From contig OZ024742.1 of the NCBI GenBank assembly GCA_964016885.1, forward strand, positions 281,542,001 to 281,606,000: a stretch of DNA of 64,000 bases. The letters are read 5' to 3'. This DNA comes from Eledone cirrhosa. Lineage: Eukaryota. Shown piece after piece: positions 53,083 through 64,000 of this stretch (positions are counted from its first letter, which is position 1; every line of letters starts with the position of its first letter). The notes below the pieces were generated by a model. That model saw only the letters and a list, made by a program, of their open reading frames with translations, was not told the DNA's origin and made no database searches. Both the position numbers and the translations under genes were made by a program.

Positions 53083-53960
53083 GTTTAAACAATAACCTAC
53101 GAGAAATAACCCTTAATTTTCACATTCATCAAATCTAATTTTTATCAATTCCAAAATATTAAAGGCAAGATTGGTTTTCATGCGTAGGACTATTGTATGT
53201 AGATCCATATACGTCTTTATTCAATTTCTATAACGAATATTTCAATTGTTTGATCGGCAGAATTGTTAAGTCATGTAGGTGACTGAGTGTTTCAACACAG
53301 ATGTACAACAAATGGTTGGGCATTTGAACACAGAATTGAACGATTGTAACTAAATACTGCAAATGTCCGTCGCTCTAAAGATTCTATGAATTCAATTGCT
53401 GTGAGGAGGGAATGGGAAAATTGCTTCGTGCAAGGCCTGAGAGTGGAGACACAATAAAGATTGAATGAGGAGGAAGAAATTAGAAGGCCCAGTACGCCTT
53501 GCTGGAGACGATACGCAGTTAACCCATGTCCTAAGGCTATTGCCGAGGCTGTTGTAGTAGAGTTAGCAGAGGAAATGAGAGAGAGAGAGGGTGGAAGGCG
53601 AGACACTGAATCTGTGAAAGCGCCAGAAGCTCTAGTTTGTTAGCGAGTGAATCATTACCAATCAGCCGAATGGTATTCTGGATTTGGTCTAAAATATATG
53701 CATGTGTGTGATATATATGAATATATGTATTTATGCCAGCGTGTGTAAATGCTTGTGTGTATGTGTGTCTCTGGGTATATTGATGTGTATGTCTGTACAT
53801 ATGCAAGCCGTGTATGTGACTGAGATCTCTTTGTATGTATACGTACATGTATGTATACGTAATCGACCGTATGCTTGTGACTGCGACTTTGTATTTCTAT
53901 ATGGGTATGTGTATGTGCGTGCGTGTACGTGAGTGTGTGTCTGTGTGTGTCTGTGTGTGT

Positions 53961-54010
<50 letters not shown>

Positions 54011-54074
54011 TAGTCTGTCTGAGTGTGTTTATGCGTTGATGTGTATATGACGACGTGAGAATGCATGTGTTGCT

Positions 54075-54376
54075 GTTAATTTTTGTGTGTGTTGATGCCC
54101 CTGTCTTTGTGTATATGTACGAGCGTGTGTGTATATGTATCTACATGTGTTTCTATATGCGCTTATGTGCGTTGGTGCCCGTGTCTTTGTGTATATGTAC
54201 GAGTGTGTGTGTATATGTATCTGTATGTGTTTCTATGTGCGCTCATGTGCGTAGGTGCTCGTGTCTTTGTGTATATGTACGAGCGTGTGTGTATATATAT
54301 ATATATATATATTTGTATGTGTTTCTCTGTGCGCTTATGTGCGTTGGTGCCCGTGTCTTTATGTATATGCACGAGC

Positions 54377-54416
<40 letters not shown>

Positions 54417-54554
54417 TTCTATGTGCGCTTCTGTGCGTTGGTTCCCGTGTATATGTACGACCGTGTGTGTATATATATATATATTTGTATGTGTTTCTAT
54501 GTGTACTTACGTGCGTTGGTGCCGTGTATTTGTGTATATGTACGAGCGTGTGTG

Positions 54555-54600
<46 letters not shown>

Positions 54601-54612
54601 TTCTATGTGTGC
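54075..54612 (+). repeat. ~80-bp minisatellite with internal TA tract
   Basis: About six repeats of gtgtttctatgtgcgcttatgtgcgttggtgcccgtgtctttgtgtatatgtacgagcgtgtgtgtata. Confidence 0.9.
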
Positions 54613-55056
54613 TTAAGTATGTTGCACATTATGAATGATTTGTGTAAACGCAGAAGTGGAAAAGAAATTGTTTTGGAGAACAACTCTCCTGTAACTTTTG
54701 TTTGCCTAAACTACATTCACCTGTAATCATCTGATTGTATTACGTTATTAAACAGCTTTTGTCTCATTTTCCCATCCTTTCTCTCATCCTTTCTACTATC
54801 CCCTTCATATTCAAACCCCCATTTCTCTTTCTCTATCTCACTCTCCTTCTATCTATCCCCCTCATAGTCTCTCTCTCTCCCTCCCTCTCTCTCTCTCTCA
54901 CTTTTCATCTATCTATCTCACTCTTAGTCTCTCTCTCTCACTTTTCCTCTATCTATCTGACACAAACACTCATACATACACTCACACACCGTCTCTTTCC
55001 CTCCTCTCCCTCTCTCTCTCTCTCTCACGCGCACACACACACACGCCATCTCTCTA

Positions 55057-55089
<33 letters not shown>

Positions 55090-55357
55090 TTCTCTTTTTC
55101 TCTCTCACTCTTTTTCTCTCTCTTTCTCTCTCTTCTCCCTCTTTCTCACTATCTCCCCCTCCTTCCCTCTCATTCCCTCTCCCTCTCTCTCTCTACATAT
55201 ATATATATGTATATATATATACACACACACATATATATATATATATATCACTTCTTTCTTTCCATCCACCCTCGTCCTAACATATTCAGAACACCCATGT
55301 CTCTCTTTCTTCTCGGTGAATCTTCTTCTCCTCTTTCTTTCCCTCAATGACTCTCAC

Positions 55358-55486
<129 letters not shown>

Positions 55487-55815
55487 TCATTTTATCTACA
55501 TCTCCTCTTCTTCCACCCCAGTCTTATATTCTCATTGTATTTATTAATCTCATCTTCCCTCTTACATTTTCACTCTAATTTCATTATTCATTCTTCACCC
55601 GCAAATAGTCGGCATACAGACACAAACACCCCCGCATGCATATTAACACATTCATATATATATGCATGACTACATATACTGTATATACAGTATATACACA
55701 TAATCTTATATACAACTATATACATACTTCGATATTTCATACATACATATATTTGTGCATATATATATGTGTGTGTGTGTGTATATGAATACACATTCAT
55801 AATATGTGTCTATAA

Positions 55816-55884
<69 letters not shown>

Positions 55885-56720
55885 TATATATATATATATA
55901 TACTTGTGTGTGGTTGTGGGTTTACAAAATTGAGTATAGGTGATGCAACATAGCGTTATTACACATATATGTATGTTGTATACAGGATTTTTATGAAAAA
56001 TATTTGATAGCCTTCCGCTATTAATTTATTTTTTAAGGTTGTGACCGTCGTCACATATCCTTAGTCTCTTCAAAAGCCTAGCGAAGCCACTGACAACGAT
56101 GCTTTCAGTTGTTATGGGTTGTGAAAGCTACATATTCACCTAATTTCCGCTGAGACAAAAGTGAGCTAGAACCTTATAGATTTATCGACTCTGCATATGA
56201 GCTGATGAAGCGCATTTCCATACGGTGTATTAGACGGCTTGGTTTAAATTAAAATATACATAAAAGAACAGAACAGAGAGAAGGACGAAAGCAGACAAAT
56301 AAAATAAAATAACGGTATAGTGGATATCAAGCTGTGATATCTGTGCTAAATAGAAAGTTAAACATAGCTATGATAAAGTTAAATGAATAAACATTGTTGT
56401 CTGACTGTTTTATCACACGCACAAACACACACACACACATCACACCAGCAGAAATATTTACACTCAATTAAATCGTGCGAAACAATTTTGCTGGTTTGAG
56501 AGCTGATGAGCATGAAGATATGTGTATGTGAAGTTATCCTTTACGTTGTCGATTGTCCCTCTAGCGACCTGACAGCTGCTCTCTATCCTCTGAGGCATTT
56601 TTGTTCTTATCACTGTCATTGACAACATTTGTCTGTTTTAACAATTGCTCTATCGATAAGTTTTCTCATTTTTCTATGAATTCATATATACTTTCGCTTT
56701 GTTCCAATCAGAGACAAAAA

Positions 56721-56784
<64 letters not shown>

Positions 56785-56895
56785 TTAGTTAAGCAAAACA
56801 AGGCCACAAACTTCACAATGTAGGCGGGAAGCCGCTAGAATTATTAAAGTGAATTGCATCATTTTATACCGAATATATATATATATATATGCTCT

Positions 56896-56946
<51 letters not shown>

Positions 56947-57764
56947 GCATTAACTCTAACGTAGCTTTATCTAAACTATAATAAAGGAAGGTCTGCGGGA
57001 TTGCGTACGTTTTTTTTTTTGTTTATCCCGTTTGTAAAATAAGTTGGATTACTTTGAATAAATAATGATTGAATATTACATAATTTATCTTCTAAATTTC
57101 GTGGCTGCTCATTAAATATAATTTGTTTATTTAATGTCAACACTTCCGGTAGCGATCGCTTAAATAAACATACTAATTTTCTCCTAATGCAGTTTATATA
57201 TAATATCGTCTTTTTTAATGTATCATGGATTACGTTACAGATTACATAAGACAGTGTAACGCAGTCTTCGTTCAATTTCTATGTATTATATATTGTCAAT
57301 TACGATTTTAGTTGATGTATCATATCAACATGTATATATATATATATATACCTGCGTATAATATCAATATACATACTACACATGCTAGCAGAAAACCACT
57401 CAAAGGGTGATTTTTATGCTAGTATATATAATACGTGAAGTTGTACATCTGGTGACATACTGTATGTTTATAAATAAACATTTTCAAAGCCTTCCGCTAT
57501 GAATTTATAAACCGACAGCATAACAACAGCAGCTAAATACGGGCAACAAGTGATGATGACGTCATTATTTCTGACTTTGGCCATTATCAAACTGGTACTG
57601 CTGACCGCTTACTGCTGGAACTTAATATAATCTAAAACATAATTTAGAAGCCTATTTACATTGACTGAGCAGCCAAATTTGCATGTAGAATATTGGCTTG
57701 CTCAGCCGGGGATAAGGTAAGGGCATTAACTCTAACAGAGCTTTGTATGTGAAATACGTGAAGT

Positions 57765-57812
<48 letters not shown>

Positions 57813-58127
57813 CACACACACATATACATATAACTGGGGTTGTATATTAACTCATATACGAAATGTTCATGTAAAACACGCACACACAGACACACACATA
57901 CACATACATATATAATATATATATATAGTTCGGATCTAGCTGTCGAAACAGCCGGAGCTCACCCGTCGGGATCCTGAATCTGTTCATATATATATATATT
58001 TATATATATATATATATATATGTGTGTATTTTATAATGAAATGAACGTGAAGAAAGCAGAAAGAGCGTGAAACAAACGTATATAAAGAGAAAGAGAGGGG
58101 GAAGGGGAGAAGTAGATACTAAGATAT

Positions 58128-58192
<65 letters not shown>

Positions 58193-58921
58193 CAAGCTTT
58201 CCCGTGCCGCAATATCTCATTTATTCTGCATCCTTTCGTGACAATATTTCTAATGAAATACATAAACTGTGTTTCTATTGATTTAGAAAATAATCAAGAA
58301 TTTGGTTCTATTTAACAAAATAATTAACTTTTACATGTATTTCCATATTAAGCTGGTGTTTTGAACGACTTAACAACATGTTCATGCATAGAATTATGCG
58401 GGGATGTTTTAGTTTAAATGAAAACACTTTAAAACAGATGGTTTCGTATTAATGAACCGGGGGTGGTCAGGTAAATTCATATAGGAAGAGTTAGGAGTTC
58501 GTTAAGATTTGATTTGAGAGGTTTGGTTGTTATTTCTAGTAGATGACAATGATAAGCTCCAATATATGTGTATTCGTGTATGCGTGTATGTGTGTGTTTG
58601 TGTGTGTGTGGGGGGGGGGGTTACGCGTGCATGTGATTGGATGTATACGTGTAAATGTGTGCTTATATATAAAAATTCAAAGGAATAGATTTGCATACAT
58701 TCTTCTAGATATATGCGTGTGTATATGTGTAGATGTTTATGCATACATACATATACATATGTGTGTGTCTGTGTCTGTGTCTGTGTCTGTGTTTATGGGT
58801 GTGTATGGGTGCATGTATAAATGTATGTATGTATAGGTATACACATATATAAATATATACAGGTAAATAGAGCAACTAGCAGATAGACAGAGAGATAAAT
58901 AGATAGATAAATGGATAGATA

Positions 58922-59191
58922 TATTTCTTTATTAGCCACAGGGGCACAAAAGAAGGGGACAAATACAAAGGGGGAAGTTTACATACAATAAAAACGTGTA
59001 AAATGTTATCACAGATGGAATTTAAAAGTTAGTCGATTTTCCCCAATAGAGGGAGACAGTTTATATGGGTAACACATACCCCCGAAAAAATGTGCAACCC
59101 TCATCTCCAGGAGTACGAAGAGCTTGTACTCCTTTCCTCTCCTCCTCCTTTTCCTCAATCTACAGGCTGATATAGAGAGAAGGCCCATTCA
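58922..59191 (-). mobile_element. Tx1 subfamily B 3' end with 15-bp TSD
   Basis: Matches 27610-27874; ataaatggatagata at 58907-58921 and 59191-59205. Confidence 0.9.
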
Positions 59192-59250
59192 TAAATGGAT
59201 AGATAGATAGTTAGATAGATAAATAGATAGATAGATAGTTAGATAGATAT

Positions 59251-62200
59251 GTTTCTTTTATTTGCCACCAGGGCATCAAAAGTGGGACAAGTACAATGGG
59301 GGGGAGTTTACAAAACAAGGCGTCCTCAATAAGGAGGAGGCAATAACAATATATAAAAATAAAATAAAATATAACAAAAAATAAAATTTATAACAAAGTC
59401 CTCAATAGAGAGGAGGCGCCTTGGGGGGTCGCACACACCCCCGAAAAAAAGTGTGCAACCCTTTTCCTCAGGAGCACAGAGAAGGGATGCTCCCTTGGTC
59501 TTTCATCTTCCTCACCTATAGTCTGATGTAGAGTGAAGGCCCATTCACACGGGCCATTCTCGCCACTTTCACCCATCTTTCATAAAAACGGCTGGGGTGC
59601 AGCACCTCTCTCTCCATCCTGATCCTTCTTCCGAAATGATATCGGAAGAAACGGACCAGTTGTTGGCCAGAGAGAAAGGTGTCTGACCTCAGTCCTTTCA
59701 GAGAGCCGTGAGCGCCTGGGCACACTCGGTGTGCCAGGCGCCCAGTTTTCTCGGTCTTTGCCTGACCCAGGATTGCAGCTCGGTGAGTGAGACGAGTCTG
59801 GGAAAGGCTCGCCTCACAAACGGGGCCCACACCGTTTGACCGGAGAGGAATACATGAAGGTCCCGTAGCCTTAATGCGTGTTTACGTATCATTAGCCACG
59901 GCATCCCCAGCCCTCCTTTCGAAGGGTGTTGACAGCAGATGGATCTCCTCACCATAGGAGCCCGCTTCTTCCAAAGGAATTGGAAGAGTGCGCGCTCCAT
60001 TTTGGCGAGCGTTTCCCTTGGGCAAGGCACAACGGTCAGGCGGTAGTAAATGACGGACGCTATATAAGTGTTCGCCACCTCCGCCCGACATTTCAGGGAC
60101 AGTTTGCACTCGGCCCACTTCTGGGTCAGTGCAAACACCCTGTTCGTTACCTCACCCCAGTTCTTCTCCACCTGGAGGTCTGGTCCGAACCAGACCCCGA
60201 GCAACTTCACCGGGCCCTCCGTCCAGCGCCCGACGACGCCATCGGAGGGCATCGATCTGCCCCTCCACGTGCCGAGTTGCAGACCGATCAACTTGTCCCG
60301 GTTCAGCTTAGCCCCTGTAAACCTTTCGTACTCCTCCAGTAAGGTGCCGATCGCCCCGATTTCCGAGGCCGTAGACACCATTACTGTTACGTCATCGGCG
60401 TAGGCTGACACCGCTTTCCACAATCCCGGTTCCAACGGGATGCCCTGCAACGACTCCAACTTCCGCAGCAGTGGCTCTAGAGTCACTACATACAGAAGGG
60501 AGGACAGAGGGCACCCCTGTCGGATGGACCGCGCGATTTCGAACGGCTCTGAGAGGTAGCCGTTCACCTTGACCCTAGAGCAGATGCGGCTGCTGTGCAT
60601 GGCATTGATCCAGCCCCTGAAAACGGGTCCGAAGCCTGCTGCCGCTAGCACCGCATCCAGGTAACCATGGTCGACCCTATCGAATGCCTTAGATTGATCC
60701 AAGTTGATCAGGGCCCCACCAAAGCCGGGTCGTTCCCAACCCTCTCTATGATGTATCGCATGAGGTGGAGGTTGTCGTGGATGGACCTGGACGGGATAGC
60801 ACATGTCTGCGCATCTCCCACCAGGTTACCCACGACAAGCGCCAACCTCTTTGCTAGCACCTTGGCCAAAATCTGTAACTCTGTATTTAGCAGAGTTATG
60901 GGCCTGAAATTATTTATATCGTCCCCATTGTTCTCGTCCTTCCTCACTAGCGTGACTACGCCCTTGGTCACCGCACAGGGAATTCTCCCGTTCTGTTGCC
61001 AGTTGCAGTAGACCGCCTCGAGGAGATCGGGGAACAAGTCCGGCATAGCTAGATATAGTTCGTATGGAAGACCATCGAGACCCGGGGATTTGCGTTTGCC
61101 GCATTGGCTCAGCACGTCCTCTATCTCAGCGGCTGAAATCGGCTCCTCAATTGACTTCGCCTCCCTGTCCGAGAGACGCGGCAGGCCGTCGAGGTATGGA
61201 CCGAAGTCCACATGCCCAACCGGCTCCCCGCCCCTTCCGAACAATCCGGCAAAGTGCTTTTGAAAAGCCTCGCACATCTGCTTAGGTTCAAGGATCACCC
61301 GTCCATCCTGGTCTCGCAAAGACCGGATAGTGGATCTGCTCCCTCTTTTGGCTTCTGTCACGCGGGCCCAGCTAACAGCTTTGGTCCCCTCGTTTTCCAG
61401 AGCACGTATTTTGCTTCGGACGATGCAGCCTTCGTGTTTCGCGTCGAAGAACTGGCCCAGGGCCGTTCTCGACGCTAGCACTCTGGCCACGTCGCCGCTT
61501 CTAATTGCCTCTTCTACACTATCTACCAACTCCCTTTCCTTCCTATTTCTATTTGAGGCTAACTCCTTACTAAATTCTATAGAGACTACTCTAATCTCTC
61601 TTTAGAGAGATCCCCACCACCTGCTGTTGACGATGGCGCCAGTCAACCGCTCCTTAACTAAAGTGCTAATCCGGTCCCTGTAAGCCTTACTTGCCGGTAA
61701 GGACAAGTTGAGATTCCAGTAACCGGGTCCCTGTCTATGAGTTCTGTCAAGGTTGACCATGCAGGTCACTAACTTGTGGTCTGAATAGCCAACCATGCGC
61801 ATTGTTGGACAACTTAAAAAGTCCTTATCCTTAATTGTAACTAAGAACCTATCTAGGTACGACCTAGATGATCCGCTACGATTTTCCCAAGTCCAGGTTG
61901 GCGCAGTCGGAAAATCTAGTCGATATCTATCGGCCAGGTCAAATCGACCGATTAACCCTTTGAGGCTATTACACCCCTCTCTATCGGGACTGGCTCCTAC
62001 GTAGTCCCAGCGTGCATCTAGGATACCATTCCAATCCCCCACTAATAGCAAGGAGCGGGACGTCCCTAGAAAAGTCTCTAGACGATGGAAGAAGTCCGGC
62101 CGCATTGACCCGAAAGGGCCGTAGGCGGCTACCAACCTAAACGCTCCGCCTTTACCACTGCCAAGGTCCAGAACCACTAGTCGACCCTCCGGGTCCAAAT

Positions 62201-62820
62201 GTACCATCTGTGTTGCGAGACCCAGATGTTTTGCAGCAGAACGACAGCCCCACCTCCACCTCCGGGCTGCCAGAGAGATGCGTGCATCTCAAAGTCATCA
62301 AAGGTGGGGCCAGCTGTCGCACGTTGCTGATCCAGACCTCGCAAATAACCATCACATCTATACGTTGTGACCTGAGGTCATTTAGAAGCATTACTTGCTT
62401 CCAAGTTGAGCCCAGGCCACGCGCATTTAAACAGCCTACTCTTAGCATGGCCATGTTGGTGGTGAAGAGAAAAGGCACTTACCTCTCTGCGTCCCGGGTA
62501 TTGGGCTGCACAATTTCCATTAGGGTGGGGGATGGGTTGTTGGGTGGGGTGGTGGTTTGTGAGGTTTAGTGGCATCAGTGTGTTGTGTGGTTGGGGAGTT
62601 TGGAGTTGTGTGGGTGTTTGGGGAGGGGGTGGTGTAGTTTTTTAGGAGGACGCGGTTAATGGGCCCGACGCAGGGGGTACCCACGTCCTCTTTAAAGTTG
62701 ATTTTTAAAGTTTTATAGGTGTCCTGTGGGGCTTTAATCATTTTGAGGTGGGGGAAATCCCCTGCCTGGGTGAAGTTAGGCTCTTGGGTTTTTATTAGAT
62801 CGTTGTTGTACACAGTGTTA
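59251..62820 (-). mobile_element. Tx1 subfamily A LINE: probable ORF1 tail, ORF2 (APE endonuclease plus RT) from 62454, disrupted, with ~500-bp internal deletion
   Basis: LRVGCLNARGL, LLVGDWN, SYLDRF, YSDH, KSPGLDG, IRQGCPLS, YADD; deletion at ~59700 relative to 25865-26360 with tctg microhomology. Confidence 0.93.
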
Positions 62821-62821
62821 G

Positions 62822-62917
<96 letters not shown>

Positions 62918-62919
<2 letters not shown>

Positions 62920-64000
62920 TTCTTTATTAGCCACAAGGGCACAAAAGAAGGGGACAAATACAAAGAGGGAAGTTTACATACACTAAAAACGTGTAAAATA
63001 TTATCACAAATGCAATTTAAAAATTAGTCGATTTTCCCCAATAGGGGGAGACATTACATATGGGTAACACATACCCCCGGAAAAAAATGTGCAACCCTCA
63101 TCTCCAGGAGTATGAAGAGTTTGTACTCCTTTCCTCTCCTCCTCTTTTTCCTCAACCTACAGGCTGATATAGAGAGAAGGCCCATTCACTCGGGCCATTC
63201 TCGCCACTTTCACCCAACTTTCATAAAACTTGCTGGGGTACAGCACCTCTCTCTCCATCCTGATTCTTCTTCCAAAGTGGTATTTCAAAAAAAGAATCAG
63301 TTGTTGTCCGGAGAGAAAGGTGTCTGACCTCAGCCCTTTCAACCTTGTCCACCATACAACCTCTTTCGCCATAGATATCACACAAAGGAAAACCGTCTCT
63401 CCTTCGTTTTTGAAGGAGGGTGGCGGTTTGATCATGACAATGGACTCGGTGGTCAACTGGATTGGTTCTACCCGCGACAATAGTCGTTCTACATAGCCCC
63501 ACAGGTCGGTGACGCCTGGGCAGTGTACAAATGCGTGTGCAACGGTATCTCGTCTCTCACGCACCTCGGACAGATCTTTTTTGCAGGGTCCCTGCCCGGG
63601 CGCCCATGTCTGTAGAGCTTGTCTCGAACTGGTAGAGCTACTCGGTAGCACTGCCAGGCCAGGGACTTTTAGAAGTTGTCCATCTGTCCCGGGCGGAAGG
63701 TCGTACTGAACAGACTGGCCAGTTCGCCTTCCTCTACGCCTAGAGTTTCACCGAGCATGTCGTCGCACTTGCTACGGTCAACCCTCTATAGAATGACGAA
63801 GTGGAGTCTCCACTGACGCCGTGTCTGCCTGCCAGAGGGCTGTGAGCGCCTGAGCATATTCGATGTGCCAGTCGCTCATCTTCCTCGGTCTTTGCTTGAC
63901 CCAGGACTCCAGCTCCGTCAGCGAGACGAGTCGTGAGAAGGCTCCCCTCACGAACGGGGCCCACACCGGGTGTCCGGTGAGGAATACGTAGAGATGCCAC
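62918..64000 (-). mobile_element. Tx1 subfamily B LINE 3' portion, runs off the window
   Basis: Homologous to 26810-27874, frameshifted. Confidence 0.9.

Noticed and set aside
56200-56545. Two gagCTGATGA motifs as hammerheads
   Set aside because: No correctly placed GAAA, stem III or stem I partner

Overview
This is AT-rich, microsatellite-saturated animal DNA; the SINE sequences and repeat landscape point to an octopus or other cephalopod (inference). No host protein-coding gene can be firmly supported, and most listed ORFs are microsatellite read-throughs. The window holds Penelope-like elements (PLEs), five Tx1-type L1 LINE copies mostly sitting in (GATA)n, three RTE-type LINE fragments, a Helitron fragment, a hAT-like MITE and many tRNA-derived SINEs. 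The PLEs include one apparently intact 782-aa RT+GIY-YIG element at 33365-37496, one recently decayed full-length copy at 10555-15147, and older fragments. The main hidden signal is RNA structure. About ten unrelated sequence families each carry a minimal type I hammerhead ribozyme (stem I-CUGANGA-stem II-GAAA-palindromic stem III-UH-stem I'), either in PLE pseudo-LTRs or in small non-coding retrozyme-like units inserted in (TA)n. The stem III palindrome differs between families, one family has an 88-nt branched stem II, and many copies are fold-back palindromes that turn at or next to the ribozyme. Structures were paired by eye; no folding or database search was run.
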